Shown piece after piece: positions 7,956-15,609 of a stretch of 38,867 nucleotides of DNA. The translations under genes were made by a program, and so were the position numbers. Within the stretch, counting starts at the first letter, position 1. Each line of letters starts with the position of its first letter. The DNA comes from a virus. Taxonomy: Duplodnaviria; Caudoviricetes. The stretch spans positions 1 to 38,867 of IMG/VR virus record IMGVR_UViG_3300011405_000014. One strand, 5' to 3'. The notes under the pieces are model-generated. The model was not told where the DNA came from, made no database searches, and saw nothing but the letters and a program-made list of their open reading frames with translations.

Positions 7956-8514
7956 GAGCCTGTTACAGGCATTAGCCGTCACCTGTGAATTGACCGGCAC
8001 GCAACTGTCCGAGCCTGCAGCCAAGGTATTGGCGGCTGATCTGGCGGTCTATCCGGTCGCGCAGGTACTCGGCGCGCTGACCAAGTGCAGGAAAGAGCTC
8101 CGCGGCCGCTTGACCCTTGCCGATATCATCGGGCGCCTCGAGGATGGGCGCCCAGGGGCCGAAGAGGCATGGGCTATGGTGCCGCGGGATGAGGCGTCGA
8201 CCGTGGTCTGGACCGAGGAAATGGTCGCGGCTTGGGGCGTGGCATTGCCACTGCTCGAGGCCGGCGAACCGGTGCCGGCGAGGATGGCGTTTCTGGAACG
8301 CTATAAAACCCTCGTTCAAACCGCACGAGAGCGCGCTGTAGCCGTTCGCTGGATCCCAAGCTTAGGAACGGACGTCTTGGGGCGGGAACGCGCTCTAATC
8401 GAGGCGGAACGGCTGGGGCGGCTGCCGGCGGCGTACGTGCAGGGATTGCTACCGCATCGGGACATGGGGATCCCGTTGCTGACACAGATCGAGCAGCGTA
8501 AGGCGCTCAGATAA
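7948..8514 (+). CDS. probable helicase loader (lambda P-like position)
   Basis: LTLADIIGRLEDGRPGAEEAWAM...VVWTEEM...ARMAFLERY...SLG pattern typical of the gene following O-like initiators. Confidence 0.65.
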   Translation: MNESLLQALAVTCELTGTQLSEPAAKVLAADLAVYPVAQVLGALTKCRKELRGRLTLADIIGRLEDGRPGAEEAWAMVPRDEASTVVWTEEMVAAWGVALPLLEAGEPVPARMAFLERYKTLVQTARERAVAVRWIPSLGTDVLGRERALIEAERLGRLPAAYVQGLLPHRDMGIPLLTQIEQRKALR

Positions 8515-8550
8515 GAAACGCCCCGAATCCAGGGAGGGGAATTCGGGGCG
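8511..8550 (-). terminator. intrinsic terminator of the leftward accessory operon
   Basis: Stem CGCCCCGAAT/ATTCGGGGCG (8519-8528/8541-8550) followed on the minus strand by TTTCTTAT; at a convergent junction. Confidence 0.7.
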
Positions 8551-8598
8551 CAATGGTGCGGACTACAAGGAGGGACAACGGGCGGGATTGTAGTCCGA

Positions 8599-8805
8599 TT
8601 ATGCTCCCATGCCTTGCAATTGGTAAAACTTTCGCACGCACGTTTTCAGGTACTGATCGCCGCGGGTATCGATCATCATGGGCTCGAATCCGCCGTTGGC
8701 GCGCCAACTGCTATACGCTTGCAGGTACTCGCGGGCCAGGTCGAGGTTACGATCGGCAAGGGCGATCGAGCATTGGGTCAGGCAGGCTTTCGGATCCATC
8801 GTCAT
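8599..8805 (-). CDS. hypothetical phage protein (MDPxACL...WxxxGGFxP type)
   Basis: ORF track; AGGAGG RBS. Confidence 0.75.
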   Translation of the reverse strand: MTMDPKACLTQCSIALADRNLDLAREYLQAYSSWRANGGFEPMMIDTRGDQYLKTCVRKFYQLQGMGA

Positions 8806-8809
8806 CCTC

Positions 8810-9112
8810 CTAAAGAATATCTATTGCCACGTTAATAAGGGTTGCCGTGTCATCGGCAAACCATGCCGGATCCTTACCCTTGAGATGGCGCGCCTTGTAG
8901 GCAAGGCCTGTCTCGGTTGCCATGTTGCTATGGTGCAGCGAATGCACTTCACGCCACGCATTGCCGTCCCAGCGCTCGATGCGAGCTGAGCATTGGAACG
9001 CGTAGGAGTCGGATTCGATGCGGATCCGCAGCTTGTGACCCTTGCATGCGATCACTTTGGTGAATACCGCGGATTGAGCGCTGATGCCGATATCTTGTGA
9101 GATGGTTTTCAT
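8810..9112 (-). CDS. hypothetical protein
   Basis: ORF track; GGGAGA RBS; tight operon spacing. Confidence 0.75.
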   Translation of the reverse strand: MKTISQDIGISAQSAVFTKVIACKGHKLRIRIESDSYAFQCSARIERWDGNAWREVHSLHHSNMATETGLAYKARHLKGKDPAWFADDTATLINVAIDIL

Positions 9113-9124
9113 GTTTGATTCTCC

Positions 9125-9460
9125 CTATGCTGCGTTGAATTTGATCGAGTCGAAATAGCGCGCTACTGCTTGTTCCAGCCTGAACATGCCTTCTTTGCGT
9201 AGCCTGCGAATGCCGGCGATGCGCGCATGTTCCGGGCTCTTGGATCCGCGGCCCGGAATGCGCAGTCCCGTGCTCATTTCCGACATAACCCATGACTGCG
9301 CAAAGTCGAATCGCTCGTTAGCGCGATCCCAGGTCAGCATTTGATGAACACACCAAATGTACTTATTGAATGGTGCCGGCACCTCGACTTGAATGCCTTC
9401 GACCGGCATCGCCTTATGCTGTGTTCCGTTGTTGTTGACGGTAATGCGCTGCATTGTCAT
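9125..9460 (-). CDS. hypothetical protein
   Basis: ORF track; AAGGGA RBS; VSEMSTG motif seen in phage early proteins. Confidence 0.75.
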   Translation of the reverse strand: MTMQRITVNNNGTQHKAMPVEGIQVEVPAPFNKYIWCVHQMLTWDRANERFDFAQSWVMSEMSTGLRIPGRGSKSPEHARIAGIRRLRKEGMFRLEQAVARYFDSIKFNAA

Positions 9461-9466
9461 TCCCCT

Positions 9467-10210
9467 TTACGCGTTGACTTGATTGAGTCTGAACTGACGA
9501 TACCTGTTGGCGAGCGCACCATGCGCCTGGATCGCGATACTGCCTTTGCGGCCGTTCGCGCCATTGCATGCGCCGCATGTGCTGCACGTTAGTTTCTTGC
9601 CCGCCTCATGCGATGCCGGGCAGACCGACTCACGCGGCGCCAGTGGATCGGTCTTGAGGCGCACCGTGAACGTTCGCCATCCTTGCGCTTGCGCCCAGTT
9701 ACGCTCTTCTGGCGTATCGCAGCTTGCCATCACAAGCGACTTGAGCTCGCTCGCATGCTGCCATTGGTGCGAGTATCCGGTATGACCGTATGCATAGCGC
9801 ACGAGATCGAACCATGTTTGCGCCGGTGCGGCCGCAGGGTCGCCATAAGAGCCTAAGCGCACCATGCGATCACGCCCGATGTTTTCAATCGTTGCCGTAT
9901 CCGCCATCGGATAGCGCCCGCGCAGGTATGCGGTATAGACCGCATAGGGTGCCTGATAGGTGCGCACGTAGCATGAGCCACCAAGGCTTGGTCGATGTTT
10001 GCAATCGCCGCATACCGACACGTCATCGCCATGTTTGACGCTGATATGCGGCGCGATGCCGTTGTCGACCAGGATCCATGTTTGCACCATGGCGCCGGTC
10101 TTATCGTTCTCACTTTCGCCTACCGTCGCGATGACGACGATCGGCTGACCGTCCAACAGAGACGCCCCCTTGTACAGCACGTATCCGGATGGTTTAGAAT
10201 TGCGTGACAT
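9467..10210 (-). CDS. Cys-rich conserved phage protein, possible Fe-S enzyme
   Basis: NDKTG, CGDC-x9-CYV, RLGSYGD, HTGYSH, CPAS-x8-CxxCxxC, AHG; start 10210 with CAGGAG RBS. Confidence 0.8.
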   Translation of the reverse strand: MSRNSKPSGYVLYKGASLLDGQPIVVIATVGESENDKTGAMVQTWILVDNGIAPHISVKHGDDVSVCGDCKHRPSLGGSCYVRTYQAPYAVYTAYLRGRYPMADTATIENIGRDRMVRLGSYGDPAAAPAQTWFDLVRYAYGHTGYSHQWQHASELKSLVMASCDTPEERNWAQAQGWRTFTVRLKTDPLAPRESVCPASHEAGKKLTCSTCGACNGANGRKGSIAIQAHGALANRYRQFRLNQVNA

Positions 10211-10241
10211 CGTGTTAACTCCTGACAAGTTGTGCGATGAG

Positions 10242-10276
10242 AACGGCAGGTATCGTTAGCGCGATGGCCTGCCGTT
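10242..10276. other. intergenic hairpin inside the leftward operon
   Basis: AACGGCAGG(10242-10250)/CCTGCCGTT(10268-10276) plus inner pairing; no U-tract. Confidence 0.5.
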
Positions 10277-10284
10277 TGCTTTTG

Positions 10285-10563
10285 CTAGTTAGCGTTCCAT
10301 GCTGCTTGAATGTATGGTGCGGCAGGATTCTTGCCGTGGAATCGTTTGCAGGCTTGATCGATGTCGGTTTGCACTGCATCGCGCAATACGGTGTATGCGC
10401 CGTCCTGCACGATCATTGAGCCGCCCGTTACAGGGTAGGCGCGAAACCATTTACCCTTGGGTAATGGACGCACGCTTTGCAGTGCAAGCCATGCCTTGGC
10501 GGGCTTAACTTCCTCGTTTGTGAGCAATGCGACTTGCCCGTAGACATTCTTTATCAGCTTCAT
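10285..10563 (-). CDS. hypothetical protein
   Basis: ORF track; AAAGGA RBS. Confidence 0.7.
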   Translation of the reverse strand: MKLIKNVYGQVALLTNEEVKPAKAWLALQSVRPLPKGKWFRAYPVTGGSMIVQDGAYTVLRDAVQTDIDQACKRFHGKNPAAPYIQAAWNAN

Positions 10564-10566
10564 GGT

Positions 10567-10767
10567 CTATCCTTTCGTTTGCATCAGAACAAAGATCTGT
10601 TCGACGTCGGTTTGCAGCGTGAGCGCAATGTGGTGCATGTAGGAACGATGCATGGCATCAGTGACGCGCATGTCGGCCTTTTGATCGGCAAGCCGATACA
10701 TCAGGTCCGAATCGTTGTAGTCTTGAATCAGACTAATATGCTTGAGGCGTTTTTGGAACTTGGTCAT
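10567..10767 (-). CDS. hypothetical protein, first gene of leftward operon
   Basis: ORF track; GGAGA RBS. Confidence 0.7.
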   Translation of the reverse strand: MTKFQKRLKHISLIQDYNDSDLMYRLADQKADMRVTDAMHRSYMHHIALTLQTDVEQIFVLMQTKG

Positions 10768-10799
10768 CTCTGTCTCTCCGTTGTGTCCACCTAACTATA

Positions 10800-10815
10800 T
10801 GCATCCACCGTGCCA
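10800..10815 (-). promoter_or_regulatory. sigma54 (-24/-12) promoter
   Basis: Minus strand TGGCACGGTGGATGCA: GG-N10-GC, one mismatch from TGGCACG-N4-TTGC, 33 nt upstream of ATG at 10767. Confidence 0.7.
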
Positions 10816-10879
10816 CCTATAGCGCGCTAAATAATGGTCAATGGAATCAAGGCATGCGTCGTTTGGCAAGGTGAGCCAG

Positions 10880-10938
10880 GTGACGCACAGCGTCAGAATG
10901 TGACGCTGGCAACGTCACAAAGTGACGCTCTTGGTCAC
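10880..10938. repeat. three tandem GTGACG...GTCA inverted repeats (protein-binding array, possible sigma54 enhancer)
   Basis: GTGACGCACAGCGTCA (from 10880), GTGACGCTGGCAACGTCAC (from 10900), GTGACGCTCTTGGTCAC (from 10922); 20-22 bp spacing. Confidence 0.65.
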
Positions 10939-11221
10939 CTGGATGGAATTGGAGTAGGATGGCGGCCGCGGTGACAGCATCGGATTACGACCGTCCAAGG
11001 AAGCTCTACCGGTAGCGCATGGAATAAACGACTACGCCCGTAAGCTCGAGCTCGGAGACGGGATGCACTCGAGGCCTAGACTTGTGAAGCTAGGGGCAGC
11101 GTCGATATACAACCAAACCGGATTGCGCTAAAAGTAGGATGGAAGCGCAACATGTAACAAATATGCTACGCTATAGCGTAATTGGGTCTTTTACGCTTTC
11201 AAATCAGCGAGCTCTCAAACA

Positions 11222-11635
11222 ATGCCAGACGATACCAAGCGTACCGTCGATCTAGATCGAACCGTGGCGCAAGTGACTAAGTTACCTCGAGTTCCTGCTC
11301 CAGAGAATGCAAGGATCCGAGGCAGACGTCTGCACTATCATCATCAGGAAGACGTCAGAGACAAAATTGACTCCGTCCTCATCGTTAAAAAGCTTACGGA
11401 TCATATCAATGGCAAGAATGATCTGACACCGACTCAGGTCGCATCGGCAAAAATACTGTTGGATAGGACAGTGGCAACACTCACAGCCACTGAAATAACG
11501 AAAGTTGATGCACTACCGGCAGAGGCAGATCTACTCTCAGCTATTCAGCGCATCATCCTATCCAACCCGATGCTGCTATCGACATTACAACAGCATATGC
11601 CACAGTTGATAGGATCCGGTACGACAGATAAGTAG
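11222..11635 (+). CDS. terS: probable terminase small subunit
   Basis: HQEDVRDKI...IVKKLTDHI...LTPTQVASAKILLDRT pattern of podovirus small terminases; first gene of late block. Confidence 0.65.
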   Translation: MPDDTKRTVDLDRTVAQVTKLPRVPAPENARIRGRRLHYHHQEDVRDKIDSVLIVKKLTDHINGKNDLTPTQVASAKILLDRTVATLTATEITKVDALPAEADLLSAIQRIILSNPMLLSTLQQHMPQLIGSGTTDK

Positions 11636-11845
11636 TTCGTACACTGCTCGAGGAGTCATACTAAGCTACTAATGTACTGATTCCCATGGGATTCAGTATG
11701 AACCATGGTAGAAATACCCCCAGATCTACCCCCATGGCTATGGCGTGGCGACAGCTGCTCGAGGTCGGCACCCCCCCCACGGGGTGGCAGTGGAATTTCT
11801 CCTACCCCCTCCTAATTTTTCGCCCTGATTTGCGATCTGGAATCG

Positions 11846-11864
11846 CGCTATAGCGTGCTATAGT
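11846..11864 (+). promoter_or_regulatory. extended -10 promoter overlapped by palindromic operator
   Basis: TGCTATAGT at 11856-11864, 7 nt before ATG 11871; TATAG-N4-CTATA at 11849-11862. Confidence 0.45.
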
Positions 11865-11870
11865 TGGTGG

Positions 11871-12104
11871 ATGGGTAGAGGAATTGGGGATGTCTACGCT
11901 GTCGAGGTTGAAGAACTGGCCGTACCTGAGCCTGTTATCCATGACGCTATCATATGGGCGATAGAGACGTGTGTGGATGGTGTTTGGTTGCCGCACGAGG
12001 GTAGTTTGTACGTGAGTTTGTATCGAGCGGTGAAGAACATGGGGTGGTGGCAGGCGCAGCGGGATGATTTGCGCTTGAGGGTGAAAAGATATGAGCCGAG
12101 GTGA
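11871..12104 (+). CDS. hypothetical protein
   Basis: ORF track; possibly leaderless. Confidence 0.5.
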   Translation: MGRGIGDVYAVEVEELAVPEPVIHDAIIWAIETCVDGVWLPHEGSLYVSLYRAVKNMGWWQAQRDDLRLRVKRYEPR

Positions 12105-12288
12105 CCGATCCTGGCCGCGGTATGTGCTTGGGGTGGGTGCTGATTGCAGGATTTGGGACGATTGCGTGGCTTTAAGGGTGTACTCCAATCAGTTGGGTGA
12201 GCGGGTGTATGTGTTGAGTTATCGCGATCGCAGTCTGGATGTCGGGATGCGTGCTCCGGTGCGGGAGGCGTATGGCAAGACCACCTGA
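12091..12288 (+). CDS. hypothetical protein
   Basis: ORF track; short overlaps with both neighbours. Confidence 0.45.
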   Translation: MSRGDRSWPRYVLGVGADCRIWDDCVALRVYSNQLGERVYVLSYRDRSLDVGMRAPVREAYGKTT

Positions 12289-13402
12289 TCCGCGTTTGCG
12301 CCCGTTTTCAGACATCGACATGCGTGCGATGGTGCTGATCATCGAGAAAAGCGAGGGCGGCTCTGCCTTCGACAAGGCCCGCCTGATTGCCAAGATAAAA
12401 AAACGCTACCGGCAGGGGCGGATGTTTCATGGGGCCAAGAACGATCCGCAGACGGCCTGGCAGCTCTGCGAGGCGCGGTTTTACCTTGGCGACAGAACGA
12501 ATTGGAACGGTTGGCAGTATCGCAGCAGTTGGGCGGCCGGCTGGGCGCAGAATCTGGTGAAGGATGGGGTGCCGCGCTGGAAAGGGCAGCGCTGCAAACG
12601 GCTGTATATTTATGGCGAGCAGGGTATTGGCGACGAGGTGTTCTTTGCGAGCTCCGTCCGATGGATCAAGACTCAGGTTGATTCGGTCTGCGTTGAAACC
12701 GATCAACGCCTATGTCCTGCATTCCAGCGCCTTGGGTGCGAGACGGTTGCTGCAGTCTTCGAGCAGAGAGAAGACCAGAGCCCGCTCAGAAAGATGGCAG
12801 CAGTTGATGGCGATGCATGGACACTGCTGGGCGACACCATTGTCAGAGCCGGACCCAGACCCGAGCCTTATCTCACCGCAGACCCCCTGCAGATCGAGCG
12901 ATTCAGACAGTATCGCGGCCGCGTTGGCGTCTCTTGGCGTGGCAATCAGGGGCATTACCCTGCCAGCGCCTTTCAAGTCGACCATCCACTGAGCCTGCAG
13001 TACGACCAGGGCTGGGACGAGGACATCGAGCAGCCTGAAGGGCTGGATCTGCGCAATGACATCGAGGGATTGCTCGGGCTGCTCGCCAATCTGCGGCAGG
13101 TAGTGACCGTCTCGACTTCAGTCGCGCACCTCGCAGCGGCACTGGGTGTCGCGACGCACGTCGTTATAGCCCCAAGAAATGGACCCAATTCAGGCATGAT
13201 CTGGCCTTGGAAGTGGAGCAATGCAAGCACAAGCACTGGTGGTGTCTGGTATCGAAGCGCAACCTCTTACCCAAGCCTTGCCGAGTACGGTCGTCATCAT
13301 TGGCCACGGCACCAGCCCCGTGGGCAAGAACTGGGGCACCAGGATCGAGAAATCCGAGTGCGTGATCCGCATGAAAGACCCCAGTTGGCAGAAAGTGGCT
13401 GA
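12272..13402 (+). CDS. GT-B glycosyltransferase, GT9-like (GEQGxGD type)
   Basis: WKG..KRLYIYGEQGIGDE, PYLTAD, RVGVSWRG, LSLQY, VVTVSTSVAHLAAALG; start 12272 has GGGAGG RBS. Confidence 0.85.
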   Translation: MARPPDPRLRPFSDIDMRAMVLIIEKSEGGSAFDKARLIAKIKKRYRQGRMFHGAKNDPQTAWQLCEARFYLGDRTNWNGWQYRSSWAAGWAQNLVKDGVPRWKGQRCKRLYIYGEQGIGDEVFFASSVRWIKTQVDSVCVETDQRLCPAFQRLGCETVAAVFEQREDQSPLRKMAAVDGDAWTLLGDTIVRAGPRPEPYLTADPLQIERFRQYRGRVGVSWRGNQGHYPASAFQVDHPLSLQYDQGWDEDIEQPEGLDLRNDIEGLLGLLANLRQVVTVSTSVAHLAAALGVATHVVIAPRNGPNSGMIWPWKWSNASTSTGGVWYRSATSYPSLAEYGRHHWPRHQPRGQELGHQDREIRVRDPHERPQLAESG

Positions 13403-13865
13403 CTACGGCTGGAAAACCGACTATATTTGCGCGTCGACCGAGACACTCTACAAGATGCTCGACGACATGCGCCGCCCAAGAGAATATTGGGCGCAGCCAA
13501 AAAAAGGGAAATGGGACCGGGGGCAAGCAAAACGGTTCGCGGCACAAGCCGCGGCGCCGTTGTTGATCCTGGATGAGGCGTTCGAGAAGTGGAACGAGGT
13601 CTTTCACCTGGCGCAAGCCGAGCTCGGTCACCCGCGAGTGAGGAACCACTCGCTCGGCATGTTCGCCATTACGATGGCCACAGAGCGCCTGAAACCCCAG
13701 ACGATCAGGTTGGTCGGCTTCGACAACATGCTCAATCCCGGCTTGAAAGAATACTGGAAAGCCGATCGCGGCAAATGGCAGACCCAGCACGATTGGCCCG
13801 CCGAACGCCTCATGCTGCCGGTCATCGAGCAGACCATGAACGTCAAAATCGAGGCCTGGGCTTAA
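13221..13865 (+). CDS. GT29 sialyltransferase-like glycosyltransferase
   Basis: Sialylmotif-L-like VVIIGHG...GTRIEKSECVIRM...DYGWKT, S-like SLG...IRLVGFD, VS-like HDWPAE (H-x4-E); true start uncertain (13221 ATG or 13278 TTG). Confidence 0.75.
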   Translation: MQAQALVVSGIEAQPLTQALPSTVVIIGHGTSPVGKNWGTRIEKSECVIRMKDPSWQKVADYGWKTDYICASTETLYKMLDDMRRPREYWAQPKKGKWDRGQAKRFAAQAAAPLLILDEAFEKWNEVFHLAQAELGHPRVRNHSLGMFAITMATERLKPQTIRLVGFDNMLNPGLKEYWKADRGKWQTQHDWPAERLMLPVIEQTMNVKIEAWA

Positions 13866-13941
13866 CGTGGGAATGGACGCTGCTTAGAGGCATGGTCTAC
13901 GGGCTGCTTTTTGGCTGTTTTGTCGTGTTTTTGATGGCGGT

Positions 13942-14691
13942 GTGATGGGTATCGGTGACGCCATCATGACGTCCGCCACGATCAGGAAGGCGCACGCCAA
14001 ATACCCCAACCGCCCCATCTGCGTCGGCCCGGGCAGCCACGCCATCTGGGACGACGTGTGGCAAAACCTGCCGGTAAGCAAAGAAATCGTGCCCGATGCG
14101 GTCTGGATCCACGACTACGGCAAGCACCGCCCCTACATCGATTACGAGCAAGGCGATGACGATCACTTCGTCTACAGGCAAGACTTCAAGGCCGAACCCG
14201 GGTGGATCATCCTCTCTGAAGCCGAGCAGAAGTTTCGCACCAAGGCCGAGGGCTACATCTACCTCGAGCCGACCGTCAAAGGCAGCTTCTCCGGCAACAA
14301 GGATTGGGGGTTCCTCAACTGGCAGCAGGTGGTCGACGAGTTTCGCCCCAATACGTTTCTGCAAGGCCGCGGGCACCGGTTGGATCGCTGCATGCAGGTC
14401 GAAACCCCCACCTTCAGACACGCGCTTTCGCTATTGGCGAAGGCGAAACTCTTCGTTGGCACCGATGGGGCACTACACCATGCCGCGGCTGCCTTGGGGA
14501 TACCCGCAGTGGTCGTGTGGGGCGGTGTCGCGAGCCCGAAAAACCTAGGCTACGACACCCACATCAACCTCTGGACCGGAAGTAAGCCCTGCGGCAGCCA
14601 CAATCCCTGCCCGCATTGCAGGATTGCGCTCGCCGGCATAACGCCTCGAATGGTCTGCGCCGCCATCATGCAGGTGCTCGAGCCGGCATGA
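13942..14691 (+). CDS. GT9 (heptosyltransferase-like) glycosyltransferase
   Basis: GIGDAIM, NKDW, LFVGTDGALHHAAAALGIPAVVVWG, C-terminal Cys cluster. Confidence 0.9.
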   Translation: MMGIGDAIMTSATIRKAHAKYPNRPICVGPGSHAIWDDVWQNLPVSKEIVPDAVWIHDYGKHRPYIDYEQGDDDHFVYRQDFKAEPGWIILSEAEQKFRTKAEGYIYLEPTVKGSFSGNKDWGFLNWQQVVDEFRPNTFLQGRGHRLDRCMQVETPTFRHALSLLAKAKLFVGTDGALHHAAAALGIPAVVVWGGVASPKNLGYDTHINLWTGSKPCGSHNPCPHCRIALAGITPRMVCAAIMQVLEPA

Positions 14692-15287
14692 AACCGCTCC
14701 CGATCCTCGCCAACGTGCCCGGATCGGTCGAATTGCCCCCAGCCGCCACCTGCTGGATCAATCTGCACCGCACCCACCTCTCGGGTGACATCACCAAAAG
14801 CTATAACGAGAGCCTGAAAGAGGACTTCTTCGACATCGTCTACGAGCTCGAAGACATCCTCAAGCCAGGCGCCACGCTGCTCGACATCGGCTGTGGCATG
14901 GCCGGGATCGACGTGCTCCTCTACCGCCACTTCGGCTGCAACCTGCTGCTCTTGGATGGCGACGGGCCGATCGACGATTGGCGCGGTGGCTACGAGCAGA
15001 CCATGAAGCCGTTCTCATCGCGCACCGCAACCAACGAGTTGCTGGAGATGAACGGCGTCAGCAACATCCACTGGTTGAACGTCGGCACCCGCATCATTCC
15101 GCCGGTCGCCGCCGCCATCAGCCTGTTGAGCATGGGGCACCACTACCCCATCGATACCTACAAGGTCGACTGCGACGTGCTGATCGCGGACTGCCGGCTC
15201 GGCATGGATGGCATCAAGACGATGAACCGCCCGCACAAGATCCTGCGGACGACAACGAAGTCTCAGCGCGTTGCGTTCTATCGATGA
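14688..15287 (+). CDS. class I SAM-dependent methyltransferase
   Basis: LLDIGCGMAG motif I, LLLLDG motif II; start 14688 by ATGA overlap. Confidence 0.8.
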   Translation: MKPLPILANVPGSVELPPAATCWINLHRTHLSGDITKSYNESLKEDFFDIVYELEDILKPGATLLDIGCGMAGIDVLLYRHFGCNLLLLDGDGPIDDWRGGYEQTMKPFSSRTATNELLEMNGVSNIHWLNVGTRIIPPVAAAISLLSMGHHYPIDTYKVDCDVLIADCRLGMDGIKTMNRPHKILRTTTKSQRVAFYR

Positions 15288-15475
15288 ACATCCTTGAAAA
15301 CTTGGATTTTCGTATCGAACCGGCTCCATCGGTCTTCGGTGAAGGCGAGGTTTTCAATGTTGTCGTGACCGCGCATCAATATTTGATTACGTTCCCGGCA
15401 ATATCTGAAGAGCATGCCACGCTCTTGCTTGAGCAGTTGCGGCAATGTCAGTTTGTGGTCGTTGAGAAATGCTGA
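15284..15475 (+). CDS. hypothetical protein
   Basis: MNILENLDFRIEP..., start by ATGA overlap, 63 aa. Confidence 0.55.
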   Translation: MNILENLDFRIEPAPSVFGEGEVFNVVVTAHQYLITFPAISEEHATLLLEQLRQCQFVVVEKC

Positions 15476-15609
15476 CCGCGCTCTATGCCTTCTTCGCCAT
15501 CGATCGACTGATCGAGTGGATCTGGCTCGGCGCATGGACCGTTACCTTGAGCGCCGTCATCGCTATCCTGTTCCTGCTGGTGAAACGCTATGAAGACCGC
15601 AGTGAGTGA
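15469..15609 (+). CDS. small membrane protein
   Basis: Hand translation MLTALYAFFAIDRLIEWIWLGAWTVTLSAVIAILFLLVKRYEDRSE; fills the gap between flanking genes. Confidence 0.6.
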   Translation: MLTALYAFFAIDRLIEWIWLGAWTVTLSAVIAILFLLVKRYEDRSE

